Both the position numbers and the translations under genes were made by a program. The notes under the pieces were generated by a model. The model saw nothing but the letters and a program-made list of their open reading frames with translations. It did not search any database and was not told the DNA's origin. Shown in pieces: positions 1-9,835 of a stretch of DNA of 64,000 nucleotides; positions within the stretch are counted from its first letter, which is position 1, and each line of letters starts with the position of its first letter. Location: positions 672,001-736,000 of the forward strand of contig CBDDCA010000006.1 in the NCBI GenBank assembly GCA_965226055.1. Direction: 5' to 3'. Source of the stretch: Spirochaetia bacterium. GTDB taxonomy: Bacteria; Spirochaetota; Spirochaetia; WTKD01; G963693115.

Positions 1-323
1 TAGGGATGAATAAATTTCAAATTTACCGCCTTGTTATCATTCCTCAGGCTATAAAAATAATTATTCCTCCGTTTGGAAATGAATTTATTGCTTTATTGAA
101 AGATTCTGCATTAGTATCAATTATTGCGGTAACTGATTTAATGAGGCGTGCAAGAGAGTATGCAGCAAGAACATTTGATTATTTTGAGGCGTATACGGTT
201 GCTGCCCTTGTATATCTTCTAATGACCTTGTTTTTTTCTACTGTTATATCCTTTCTTGAAAAATATCTCTCTACAGAATCGAAGCGAAGAAGGATATTGG
301 ATAAAAGTGATCAAGATCAATAA
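1..323 (+). CDS. Polar amino-acid ABC transporter permease (C-terminal part, 5'-truncated by window edge)
   Basis: GM..Q..R.VIIPQAIKIIIPPFGNEFIALLKDSALVSII: EAA-loop and C-terminal motif of HisM/GlnP permeases; followed by an ABC ATPase. Confidence 0.9.
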   Translation, partial: GMNKFQIYRLVIIPQAIKIIIPPFGNEFIALLKDSALVSIIAVTDLMRRAREYAARTFDYFEAYTVAALVYLLMTLFFSTVISFLEKYLSTESKRRRILDKSDQDQ

Positions 324-419
324 AAATATATCTTTATATTCTTCTCGTTCATACGTATGGGGCAATAACGCATATAATGAGAACATTGTATATTATATAC
401 ATATAAGAGGGTTAGGTAC

Positions 420-1247
420 TTGAAATCAAATACTGTTACACGACAAAGAGCAAAGCATTCTGTAAAAGAATCTTCTTTTACACAGAAAAAAGAAGATATG
501 TCTAATACACCAATTGTAAAATTAGTGGATATAAAAAAAATATTTAAGATTCATAATAAAAAAAATTTTGCAGTCGATGGAGTGAATTTAGAAATTCGTA
601 AGGGGCAAGTTGAATGTATTATTGGTCCATCTGGCAGTGGTAAAAGCACGCTTCTTCGTTGTATAAATTTATTGGAAATACCGAGTTCAGGTTCAATTTT
701 TTTTGAAGGAACAGATATAACTCATATGAAGCAAAAAGCACCGTTAGTACGCAAGGAAATTGGTATGGTGTTTCAAAATTTTAATTTATTTTCGCATCTT
801 AATGTATTACAAAATATTTGCTTAGCGCCAGTAAAAATAAAAAAAGAACCTCTAGATCAAACAAAAGAGTTAGCAAAAGAATTGTTGAAAAAAGTTGGTT
901 TAGAAAATAAAGAGCTATCATATCCTTTTGAGTTATCTGGAGGGCAACAACAGAGGGCTGCCATTGCTCGAGCTCTGGCTATGCATCCAAAATTAATGTT
1001 ATTTGATGAGCCAACTTCGGCTTTAGATCCTGAAATGATTAAAGAAGTTCTTAGCGTTATGCAGGATCTTGCAAAAGAAGGGATGACTATGATAGTGGTA
1101 TCTCATGAAATGGGATTTGCTAAAACAGTAGCTGATACAGTATATTTTATGGATGCTGGAAAAATAGTAGAATGTGGTACTCCAGAAGAAGTATTTGATT
1201 CTCCACAATCCTTTCGAACAAAAGAATTTCTTTCTCATATTCTTTAA
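420..1247 (+). CDS. Polar amino-acid ABC transporter ATP-binding protein (GlnQ-like)
   Basis: Walker A GPSGSGKS, signature LSGGQQQR, Walker [16 protein letters not shown]-loop VSHEMGFA; start is TTG 420 (GAGG upstream) or ATG 498. Confidence 0.93.
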   Translation: MKSNTVTRQRAKHSVKESSFTQKKEDMSNTPIVKLVDIKKIFKIHNKKNFAVDGVNLEIRKGQVECIIGPSGSGKSTLLRCINLLEIPSSGSIFFEGTDITHMKQKAPLVRKEIGMVFQNFNLFSHLNVLQNICLAPVKIKKEPLDQTKELAKELLKKVGLENKELSYPFELSGGQQQRAAIARALAMHPKLMLFDEPTSALDPEMIKEVLSVMQDLAKEGMTMIVVSHEMGFAKTVADTVYFMDAGKIVECGTPEEVFDSPQSFRTKEFLSHIL

Positions 1248-1318
1248 GAAATTTTTTCATAGCTTTTAAAGCTAAAGAAAAATAATAAAAGTGTCGATAA
1301 AATACTAGGTATTTAATT

Positions 1319-2395
1319 ATGAAGAAAAGTATTAGTAATTCAGTATTATTGAATAGGGATGTAATGAATGTATTTCCAAAAGTGGAGTTGCATAGGCATA
1401 TAGAAGGAAGTTTTCATCTTGAAACTCTTTTTAAGATAGCAAAACGAAATAATCTTGATGTTCCTAAAAATTTTGATGACTTTGTTGAGCTTGCTCAATT
1501 TCCAAAAAATCATAAACCTGATTTTGCATTATTTTTATCTAAGTTTAGATCTGATTGGTACCGAAGTTTTAGAGATGTTGAGGATATTATCTACTCTTCG
1601 GTATATGCATTTAAGCAGGAGAATATATTTTTTATTGAATTACGTTTTTCTCCTGAGCATTTCTCACTTCAAAATGATTTTGATAGAGTTGAAATTACTA
1701 AATTAATTTTGAATACAGCAAATGCTGCTGCAAAAGATGCAGGATTTGCGATTAAATTTCTTGTTACTCTTAACAGAAATAAACAAAAACAGGAAGAAAT
1801 GCTGGCTCTTTATAAAAAAATAATTCACGCTGGCTTTGACGATATTGTTGGTTTTGATTTAGCAGGGAATGAAGAGTGGAATCCAGCAGAAGAATTTATC
1901 GATCTTTTTTCTCAAATACATAAAGAAAATAAAATTGGTATTACGATACACGCAGGAGAAGTAACTCCTGCTGAGCAAATTTGGAAAGCAATAGATAAAC
2001 TTCACGCAAAACGAATAGGGCATGGTACTTCTGCAATAAAGGATGAGAAGCTACAAACAAAATTGATAAAAGAAAAAATATATCTTGAGCAATGTCCAGT
2101 TTCTAATCATTATACAGGCTCTTGGATTGATACTCCTAGTCATCCTTTTAAGGTGCTTCATGAGAAAGGGGTGTTAGTAACATTAAACTCTGATGATCCA
2201 ACAATACAAAATGCTAACCTTACTGATGATTTTATAGCAGCCGTAAAGTATTTTGGTATTGATTGTGAAGATCTTAAAAAATTGAATATTAGATGTATTA
2301 AAGGCAGCTTTATTAGTGATTCAGAGCAAAAGAAATATATTTCTCAATATGAGGCTAAATATAAGCATTTTATTCATGAGTTCTCTCAAGAATAA
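1319..2395 (+). CDS. add: Adenosine deaminase family protein
   Basis: PKVELHRHIEGS, HAGE, RIGHG, EQCPVSN, NSDDP motifs. Confidence 0.88.
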   Translation: MKKSISNSVLLNRDVMNVFPKVELHRHIEGSFHLETLFKIAKRNNLDVPKNFDDFVELAQFPKNHKPDFALFLSKFRSDWYRSFRDVEDIIYSSVYAFKQENIFFIELRFSPEHFSLQNDFDRVEITKLILNTANAAAKDAGFAIKFLVTLNRNKQKQEEMLALYKKIIHAGFDDIVGFDLAGNEEWNPAEEFIDLFSQIHKENKIGITIHAGEVTPAEQIWKAIDKLHAKRIGHGTSAIKDEKLQTKLIKEKIYLEQCPVSNHYTGSWIDTPSHPFKVLHEKGVLVTLNSDDPTIQNANLTDDFIAAVKYFGIDCEDLKKLNIRCIKGSFISDSEQKKYISQYEAKYKHFIHEFSQE

Positions 2396-2407
2396 GTGCT
2401 ATTACAT

Positions 2408-2423
2408 TGTTTCACGTGAAACA
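2408..2423. promoter_or_regulatory. parS centromere-like site (perfect), embedded in a 30-bp perfect palindrome 2401-2430
   Basis: TGTTTCACGTGAAACA equals the universal parS consensus; ATTACATTGTTTCAC|GTGAAACAATGTAAT is a perfect inverted repeat. Confidence 0.9.
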
Positions 2424-2461
2424 ATGTAATTATTCTACTACTAAAAATAATAACAAAGTGA

Positions 2462-2477
2462 TGTTTTACATGAAACA
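2462..2477. promoter_or_regulatory. parS-like site (degenerate)
   Basis: TGTTTTACATGAAACA, 2 mismatches to consensus, lying between two perfect sites. Confidence 0.65.
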
Positions 2478-2506
2478 TCCTATCACTAAAAACAGTAATT
2501 GGGCGA

Positions 2507-2522
2507 TGTTTCACGTGAAACA
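2507..2522. promoter_or_regulatory. parS centromere-like site (perfect)
   Basis: TGTTTCACGTGAAACA, immediately after the gyrA stop. Confidence 0.9.
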
Positions 2523-2527
2523 TTGTA

Positions 2528-4978
2528 TTATTCTATATCGTTAGAAACAACAGCTCCAGTGATGATATCATCGTTATCAAGAGTAAATATCATTACTCCT
2601 CGAGAGTTTCTTCCTTGTATAGCACAGGTATTTGCATTGATTCGAATTGTTTTTCCTTGTTGGCTGATAGCACTAATACTATCTTGTTCTTGTGTTTTAA
2701 GGGCAGTGCATAATATACCTGAAGTAGCAGAAATGCTCATAGCAATCATGCCAGATGTTCCTCTTCCATGAGGAGAAATATCTTTTGCTTGTATACGTTT
2801 TGCATATCCTTTTGCTGAAATGAGAGTAAATACAGATGCGTCATTTCCTATCAATACAGCTGTTATATAGCTGTCAGCTTTTAGTTTTAATCCTCTCACT
2901 CCTGCAGCTGTTCTTCCCATTGATCGAATACTGATGGCATTCAACCGAAGCACTTTTCCATTGCTGGAAAATATAAATATATCATCTTTATTTGTTGTTA
3001 TATTACTATCTGCAACAAAATCATTTTCATTTAAGGTTATTAATCGAAGTCCTCTTTTTGTTGTAGTCCCTTTTAGCTGTTCTCCTATAAGTTTTTTTAT
3101 TTTTCCTTTGTTTGTAATAATAATGAGAGAAGAATCTTTATTGAAATCAGGAGCGGTAAGAATAGAGGTTATTCTTTCATCTTGTTGTAAAGGAAGGATA
3201 GTTCGTATGCTAGTACCACGAGAGGTGCGTGTAGCTTCTGGTATCTGATATGTTTTTATAGAAAATCCACGACCAAGAGAAGATATAAAAAGCATAGTGT
3301 CGTGAGTGCTTCCTACATAAATTTTATCAAGGCTATCATCTTTTGTTAAGTTTACTCCAAGTTTCCCTTTTCCGCCCCTGTTTTGTACTCCAAAATTTGC
3401 AATATTAGTACGTTTGATATACCCACTTTGTGTAAGCGTTACCATCATTCCCTCTTTGTTGATAAGCTCTTCTTCAGAGAGGGAGACTGCTGTGCCGTGC
3501 TGAATATCTGTTCTTCTTTCGGAAGCGTATTTTGTGCTAAGTGTTTGTATGCTTTCTTTTATAATTGATTTTACGCGTTCTGGGGTATTAAGAATATCTT
3601 GTAAATCAATGATAAGTGCTTCTAGTTTTTCAAGTTCATCAATCAGCTTTTTTGTTTCTAAAGAAGTAAGACGAGCAAGACGCATATCCAGTATTGCTTT
3701 TGTTTGTTCATCATCAAGTGAGAATGTGCTAACGAGTTTTTGGTGAGCTTCATTTGTATCTTTAGAGTTTTTGATAAGCTCTATAACTTCATCAATATTA
3801 TTGAGTGCAATGAGTAGTCCGCGTAGTATATGAGCACGTTTCTCTGCTTCTTCAAGTTCATACTGTGTTTTACGAATGATAACTTCTTTTCGATGATCAA
3901 TGAAAATTTTTAAGCATTGTTTTAATCCCAAAGTAAGGGGGGTTTGATCAACAAGTGCTGTGATATTTATACTGTAATTTGATTGAAAATCTGTTAAGGC
4001 AAATATTTTTTGAAGCGTAAGCTGTACATTGCTTTCTTTTTTTAGCTCTACAATAATGCGTATTCCTTTTCTGTTAGAAATATCTCGTATGTCTCGAATA
4101 CCGGTGATTGTTTCGTTATTTACTAATGCAGCAAGTCGTGCTATCATTTCAGATTTTCTTTTAGCATAAGGAATATCAGTGAAGATAATTTGATCATATC
4201 CTTTAGATTGTTCTAGTGTATGCCTTGATTGAATAGTAATAATGCCGCGTCCTGTTTTATATGCTTTTTTTATTCCGCTTGTACCCATTATAATGCCACC
4301 AGTAGGAAAGTCTGGACCTTTTACAATATCACATAGTTCTTCTGTGCTGATGTTAGGATTATCAACTTGTTGTATCACTGCTGCAGCTAACTCATGAAGA
4401 TTATGTGGTGGAACCTCTGTGGTTAGCCCTACAGCTATACCAGTGGAGCCATTTAATAATAGAAATGGGAGCACAGAGGGGAGTACCGTTGGTTCTTTTG
4501 TAGATTCATCAAAGTTAGGAACAAAATCAACAGTATTTTTGCGAATATTTGCAAGCAACTCTTCTGAAATTTGAGATAGCTTTGCTTCAGTATAACGATA
4601 TGCTGCAGGAGGATCGCCATCAATAGATCCAAAATTTCCTTGTCCAATTATCAATGGATATCGCATGGAAAAATTTTGTGATAAACGTGCAAGAGCATTG
4701 TATATACTATCTGGTCCATGAGGGTGATAATTTGATATTACGCCCCCTACAATTCTGGCACATTTTCTTGTGGTTCCTGTGTGATGAAGTCCAGATTCAA
4801 ACATAGTGTATAATATTCTTCTATGTACTGGTTTTAGCCCATCTCGTGCATCAGGTAATGCTCTACTCACAATAACTGACATTGCGTAGGTGAGATAGGA
4901 TGTTTTTACTTCCTTTTCAATATCTATGGGAATAATCTGCCCAGAATTTTCAATATATGTATCATCGTTATTGGACAA
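2528..4978 (-). CDS. gyrA: DNA gyrase subunit A
   Basis: SRALPDARDGLKPVHRR, YHPHG, active-site AAYRYTE, GyrA-box QNRGGKG, CTD blades; TTG start with AGGAG RBS. Confidence 0.95.
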   Translation of the reverse strand: MSNNDDTYIENSGQIIPIDIEKEVKTSYLTYAMSVIVSRALPDARDGLKPVHRRILYTMFESGLHHTGTTRKCARIVGGVISNYHPHGPDSIYNALARLSQNFSMRYPLIIGQGNFGSIDGDPPAAYRYTEAKLSQISEELLANIRKNTVDFVPNFDESTKEPTVLPSVLPFLLLNGSTGIAVGLTTEVPPHNLHELAAAVIQQVDNPNISTEELCDIVKGPDFPTGGIIMGTSGIKKAYKTGRGIITIQSRHTLEQSKGYDQIIFTDIPYAKRKSEMIARLAALVNNETITGIRDIRDISNRKGIRIIVELKKESNVQLTLQKIFALTDFQSNYSINITALVDQTPLTLGLKQCLKIFIDHRKEVIIRKTQYELEEAEKRAHILRGLLIALNNIDEVIELIKNSKDTNEAHQKLVSTFSLDDEQTKAILDMRLARLTSLETKKLIDELEKLEALIIDLQDILNTPERVKSIIKESIQTLSTKYASERRTDIQHGTAVSLSEEELINKEGMMVTLTQSGYIKRTNIANFGVQNRGGKGKLGVNLTKDDSLDKIYVGSTHDTMLFISSLGRGFSIKTYQIPEATRTSRGTSIRTILPLQQDERITSILTAPDFNKDSSLIIITNKGKIKKLIGEQLKGTTTKRGLRLITLNENDFVADSNITTNKDDIFIFSSNGKVLRLNAISIRSMGRTAAGVRGLKLKADSYITAVLIGNDASVFTLISAKGYAKRIQAKDISPHGRGTSGMIAMSISATSGILCTALKTQEQDSISAISQQGKTIRINANTCAIQGRNSRGVMIFTLDNDDIITGAVVSNDIE

Positions 4979-5020
4979 TTGCTAACTCCTTGTTATGTAA
5001 TATGTTATTATTATTTTTTA

Positions 5021-6955
5021 CTATATATCTAAATTTACAACTTTTTGTGCATTTTCCTCTATAAACTCTCTTCGTGGAGCAACATCTTCTCCGAGTAATA
5101 AAGTAAAGGCTTCATCTGCAATGATTGCATCGTTGATAGTGACTTGTAATAGTTTTCTGTTTTCGGGATTCATTGTAGTTTCCCATAGCTCTTCATCGTT
5201 CATTTCTCCCAGTCCTTTGAAACGAGTAATAAAAATGTTTTGTTTTCCATGCTTTTCCTGTAATTCAGTAAAAATAAGAGAGCGTTCTTTTTCGGAATAA
5301 GCATACTTGTATTCTTTTTTTGTTTTTAATAAAAATAAGGGAGGGACAGCAATATATAAATTTCCATTTTCAATAAGTGGTTTCATGTATCGAAAAAAGA
5401 ACGTGAGGAGTAGTGTGCGTATATGTGATCCGTCCACATCAGCATCTGCCATAATAATAACTCGATTGTATCGTAGTTTTGTTATATCAAAGAGGTTGCT
5501 GATATTAGTACCCAATGTGGCAATAATGGGATGAAGCTTTGCATTATTTTGTATTTTTGTTATGGAATCTTGCATTTTTTCTACATTTGATGGTTTACCA
5601 AACAAAGGTAAGATAGCTTGCGTAGTGCTATCTCTTCCTAATTTTGCACTTCCTCCTGCAGAATCTCCTTCTACTAAAAACACTTCTGTTTTAGAGGGAT
5701 CTTTTTCAAGGCAGTCAGTCAATTTTCCAGGAAGCGATGCATTTCCTAATGGTGTTTTTCTGAGTGTGTTATCATATACTTTTTGGCTTTCTATACGAGC
5801 AAGGGCGGATCGAATACATTTTTCAAGTATTGTTTGTACTATACGAGGGTTATGATCAAGGATTTTTGTTAATGTTTCGCTTGTAGATGATTCAACAAAG
5901 CCACGGACTTCGGTATTACTCAATTTTGTCTTTGTTTGTCCTGAAAATGTAGGTTCTTGTATCTTCAAAGAGAGTACTGCAATAAGTCCTGCTTGGACAT
6001 CTGATCCTGTAAACGCTGTTCCTTTTAAGGGCTTTGCTAGTTTTTCTTGTTGCTTTAAGTATTTATTAAAGGTACGTGTGAGAGCAGACTTAAAGCCTTC
6101 TAAGTGCGTGCCTCCTTCTTTTGTATAAATACTGTTTACAAAAGCAGAAATAATACTTTCTTGACCGCTCACATAGGAGAGAGCTATTTCTAACTCAGAT
6201 TGTTCTCCTTCATTTTTAATAGTAATAGGTGCTTCAATAAGAGGCTTTTTTTCTTTTGAAAGATTTTTGATAAAGTCAGCGATACCAATTTCAGAATAGT
6301 AGGTAGTTTTTTTGTGAGGCTCTTTTCTTTCATCAATAAGGTGTATGGATATATTTTTGTTAAGATATGCAAGTTCTCGTAATCGATGTGAAAGGGTGTT
6401 GAAATCAAAATTTTGTGTATCCTTAAAGATACTTGCATCAGGCAAGAAGGATATTTCTGTGCCTCGTAAGGAACTTTCTCCTATTATTTCTAATGTACTT
6501 GTGGGTGTACCAATTTCATAGCTTTGCTTATATATTTTTCCTTCTCTATGAACTTTTGCGGTACACCAAGAGGAGAGGGCATTTACTACTGCACATCCAA
6601 CACCGTGAAGTCCTCCTGATATTTTATATGCATCTTTTGCAAATTTACCCCCTGCGTGAAGTTTTGTCATTACTATTTCTACTGCACTGAGGTTATCGCT
6701 ATGAGTATCAACGGGAATTCCACGTCCATTATCGCGTATTGTTACGCTATTATCTGTATGTAAGTGTACATGTATTTCGTTACAGTATCCAGCGAGTGCT
6801 TCGTCTATGCTATTATCGACAATTTCGTAGATAAGATGATGAAGTCCATCACTGTCAGTAGATCCAATATACATGCCTGGTCGTGTACGAACGGCATTTA
6901 ATCCTTCTTGCACTTGAATTTGTTGAGCGGTATAGTTTGTTTTTTGCATATACAT
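5021..6955 (-). CDS. gyrB: DNA gyrase subunit B
   Basis: RPGMYIGS, EIVDNSIDE, DNGRGIP, GGLHGVG, EGDSAGG, DADVDGSHI, RFKGLGEM; upstream of gyrA. Confidence 0.95.
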   Translation of the reverse strand: MYMQKTNYTAQQIQVQEGLNAVRTRPGMYIGSTDSDGLHHLIYEIVDNSIDEALAGYCNEIHVHLHTDNSVTIRDNGRGIPVDTHSDNLSAVEIVMTKLHAGGKFAKDAYKISGGLHGVGCAVVNALSSWCTAKVHREGKIYKQSYEIGTPTSTLEIIGESSLRGTEISFLPDASIFKDTQNFDFNTLSHRLRELAYLNKNISIHLIDERKEPHKKTTYYSEIGIADFIKNLSKEKKPLIEAPITIKNEGEQSELEIALSYVSGQESIISAFVNSIYTKEGGTHLEGFKSALTRTFNKYLKQQEKLAKPLKGTAFTGSDVQAGLIAVLSLKIQEPTFSGQTKTKLSNTEVRGFVESSTSETLTKILDHNPRIVQTILEKCIRSALARIESQKVYDNTLRKTPLGNASLPGKLTDCLEKDPSKTEVFLVEGDSAGGSAKLGRDSTTQAILPLFGKPSNVEKMQDSITKIQNNAKLHPIIATLGTNISNLFDITKLRYNRVIIMADADVDGSHIRTLLLTFFFRYMKPLIENGNLYIAVPPLFLLKTKKEYKYAYSEKERSLIFTELQEKHGKQNIFITRFKGLGEMNDEELWETTMNPENRKLLQVTINDAIIADEAFTLLLGEDVAPRREFIEENAQKVVNLDI

Positions 6956-7093
6956 ATAGTATAGTGTATTTTGTAATATATTTCTCTAAGGGACATATAG
7001 GTATAAGTGGAACTTGAGCTTTATGTTTCTTACTTAAAAAAATATAAATATACTATAATAAAAAAATAATGATATAAATATAAGGAGTATTAT

Positions 7094-8566
7094 ATGCAAT
7101 ATAAGCCAATAAAACCTATTACCGCATTTTTAGCAGTATTTCCAGTAGTATTTGTGTTAGTATTTGCTATAGTGGGGGTGTTAGTATTAAAAATTCATAT
7201 AGAATGGATATTGATAATAAGTAGTTTGCTTGTAGCATGTATTGCGTATTGGCAAGGATATTCTTGGCAAGATATTGAAAATGCTTTATCGCGTAAAATA
7301 TCTGAGGTATGGATTGGGATACTGATTCTTCTGTTGGTTGGTGCTATTGTCGGAACTTGGATGTTTAGTGGTACTGTTCCTATGCTTATTTACTATGGCA
7401 TTAAATGGCTTGATCCTAGTTATGTTCCTATTGTAGCATTTATTGTTACTTCGTTAGTTGCTTTGTTTACAGGGACCTCATGGGGATCTGCTGCTACTTC
7501 AGGGGTAGCGTTTATAGGGGTAGCTCAATCTGTTAATGCTTCAATTCCTCTTGTTGCTGGGGCGATTATTAGTGGTGCATATTTGGGTGATAAAAATTCT
7601 CCTGTGTCAGATACAACGGTATTGTCAGCCATAGGATCGAAAGTATCTTTGTATCGTCATGTCAGCTCTATGATGAGAATATCCATTCCTGCTGTTGTTA
7701 TATGTATTGTACTGTATTTAGTGTTGGGAAATATTTTAAGTAATCCTTCTGCTGGTGAATCTCAGATTGCTCAAAAAATATTGAGTGATTTAGAGCAGAT
7801 ATATAATTTTAATATACTATTGTTGTTGCCTGCGGTGATAGTATTTGGAGGGGCTACTCTGCGATTTCCTCCTGTGCCACTGTTACTTTTTGGGAGTTTA
7901 GCAGCATTATTACTAGGAATACTCTTTCAAGGATATGGGTTTGCTGATGGTGTTGCTTCTATGATTCATGGTTTTAGAATTTCTATGAGTTCTGTGGATC
8001 AAGGGGATATTGTGCAAGAATTAGTGGAGCTACTCAATCGTGGTGGAATTAGCAGTATGCTCGGTACAGTGCTATTTATTAGTTGTTCTATGACTTTGGG
8101 GGCATTATTGGAGCTTACTGGGGCTTTTGATAAGATATTAGCACTATTATCACATCTTATATATGGTGCAACAAGTTTAGTTATAATTACATGGTTTCTT
8201 GCTTTTATTATCAATACAAGTGTAAGTTCTGCTCAGTTTACTTTTTTGACTTTAGGGCCTATTTTAAGAAAACTGTATATAAAACATAATGTCAATCCTT
8301 CTGTTCTTTCTCGTAGTATGGAAGAAGGGGCTACTATCACAGAACCTCTTATTCCTTGGACAGTGACTGGTATTTATATGGCAACAATATTGGGTATTCC
8401 AAACTTTCAGTTTGCTCCATTTGCTATATATAACCTTGCTTGTGTAGCCATTATGTTTGTGTATGCATTTATTCCAAACTTTAAGTACGGTACTCCTCCA
8501 TTAGAGAAAGAAGAAGGTGCTGTTGAGTCTGATGTTGAGCATAATATTGAACATAATACAGTATAA
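7094..8566 (+). CDS. nhaC: NhaC-family Na+/H+ antiporter or amino-acid transporter
   Basis: Many TM helices; W..SGTVPMLIYYG, TGTSWGS, GAIISGAYLGDK.SPVSDTT, LSR..EE..T..PLIPW motifs; AAGGAG RBS. Confidence 0.85.
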   Translation: MQYKPIKPITAFLAVFPVVFVLVFAIVGVLVLKIHIEWILIISSLLVACIAYWQGYSWQDIENALSRKISEVWIGILILLLVGAIVGTWMFSGTVPMLIYYGIKWLDPSYVPIVAFIVTSLVALFTGTSWGSAATSGVAFIGVAQSVNASIPLVAGAIISGAYLGDKNSPVSDTTVLSAIGSKVSLYRHVSSMMRISIPAVVICIVLYLVLGNILSNPSAGESQIAQKILSDLEQIYNFNILLLLPAVIVFGGATLRFPPVPLLLFGSLAALLLGILFQGYGFADGVASMIHGFRISMSSVDQGDIVQELVELLNRGGISSMLGTVLFISCSMTLGALLELTGAFDKILALLSHLIYGATSLVIITWFLAFIINTSVSSAQFTFLTLGPILRKLYIKHNVNPSVLSRSMEEGATITEPLIPWTVTGIYMATILGIPNFQFAPFAIYNLACVAIMFVYAFIPNFKYGTPPLEKEEGAVESDVEHNIEHNTV

Positions 8567-8593
8567 AGAAAAGGAATTTTACATACAATCATA

Positions 8594-9772
8594 ATGAAAG
8601 AAGCATCGCTTGAGACATTGCTTATACAATACCAAGAGCAAGCAGAGGGCCCTGTTGTTCCTCCTATTTATCAAACAAGTAATTTTCAGTTTAAGGACTG
8701 GGAGTCAATAGATAGAGCCTTTGACGATCCAGTAAACACTGCTATATATGCGAGAGGGAAGAATCCGTCAGTAGCAATGATTGAAGAAAAAATAGCTCTC
8801 ATCTGTGGAGGAGAAAAAGCAAAATTTTTCTCCTCAGGAATGGCAGCTATCTCGTCTGCTATTCTTCATTGCGTACAATCAGGAGATCATGTAATAGCAG
8901 TCAAAAATATATACGGGCCAGCAAATAATTTTCTTAATGTGTACTTAAGAGAAAAATTTAATATTGATACTACATTTATTGAAGGAAAAGATCTTGATGA
9001 GTTTAGAAATTCAATAAGGAAAAACACAAAACTGATCTATTTAGAAAGTCCATCAACGGCAGTGTTTGCTCTTCAAGATATTGAAGGGGTTGCAAAGATA
9101 GCGAGAGAGCATGCTATAAAAACAATAATTGATAATAGCTGTGCTACTCCTGTATTTCAGCAACCGTTATTATTAGGTATAGATTTAGAAGTTCATTCTT
9201 GCTCTAAATACATAAATGGCCATAGTGATGTTGTTGCTGGTGTTATTATTGGGAAAGAAGGGGATATACATTCTATTTCTTTGCGAGAATTTCCTTGGTT
9301 TGGTGCAAAATTAGCACCTTTTGAAGCTTGGTTAATTTTAAGAGGACTGAGAACGTTACGATTGCGAATGACACAGCATCAGCATAATGCTATGAAAATA
9401 GCAGAGTTTTTGTCTCAGCATCCCAAAGTGACAAAGGTTACGTACACAGGCTTAGCGACATTCCCTCAAAAAGAGTTAGCAAATAAACAGATGAAAGGGC
9501 ATTCAGGTTTGTTAAGTTTTCAGCTATCTACTACAAACTTAGAGCAAATAAAGAATTTTTTTAATTCTCTTCAGTATTTTAGGATTGCAATAAGTTGGGG
9601 AGGGTATGAGAGTTTAGTATATGCTCCTGCAATAAGTTATCTTAAAGAGTTACCTGCAGAACAATTTGAGGCACTTGGTATTTCTTTAGGTGATATACGT
9701 ATATCAGTAGGATTAGAAGATGCAGATGATTTAATACATGATCTCAACGAGGCTCTCAAACACATACTGTGA
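8594..9772 (+). CDS. PLP-dependent Cys/Met metabolism enzyme (cystathionine gamma-synthase/lyase or Met gamma-lyase family)
   Basis: PPIYQTS, Y.RG.NP, SSGMAAI, YLESP, DNS.ATP, HSCSKYINGHSD (PLP lysine), SWGG.ESL, RISVGLED. Confidence 0.9.
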   Translation: MKEASLETLLIQYQEQAEGPVVPPIYQTSNFQFKDWESIDRAFDDPVNTAIYARGKNPSVAMIEEKIALICGGEKAKFFSSGMAAISSAILHCVQSGDHVIAVKNIYGPANNFLNVYLREKFNIDTTFIEGKDLDEFRNSIRKNTKLIYLESPSTAVFALQDIEGVAKIAREHAIKTIIDNSCATPVFQQPLLLGIDLEVHSCSKYINGHSDVVAGVIIGKEGDIHSISLREFPWFGAKLAPFEAWLILRGLRTLRLRMTQHQHNAMKIAEFLSQHPKVTKVTYTGLATFPQKELANKQMKGHSGLLSFQLSTTNLEQIKNFFNSLQYFRIAISWGGYESLVYAPAISYLKELPAEQFEALGISLGDIRISVGLEDADDLIHDLNEALKHIL

Positions 9773-9785
9773 TTATCTTTATATA

Positions 9786-9811
9786 GCAAGAAAGGAGTTA
9801 TCCTTTCTTGC
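9786..9811. terminator. Hairpin between convergent genes, likely terminator
   Basis: GCAAGAAAGGA-GTTA-TCCTTTCTTGC, 11-bp perfect stem. Confidence 0.6.
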
Positions 9812-9835
9812 CAAGGTATATATTTCTACACTATG

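Noticed and set aside
2528-6955. Alternative call as topoisomerase IV (parC/parE)
   Set aside because: The GyrA-box (QNRGGKG), full-length CTD and position beside parS favour gyrase
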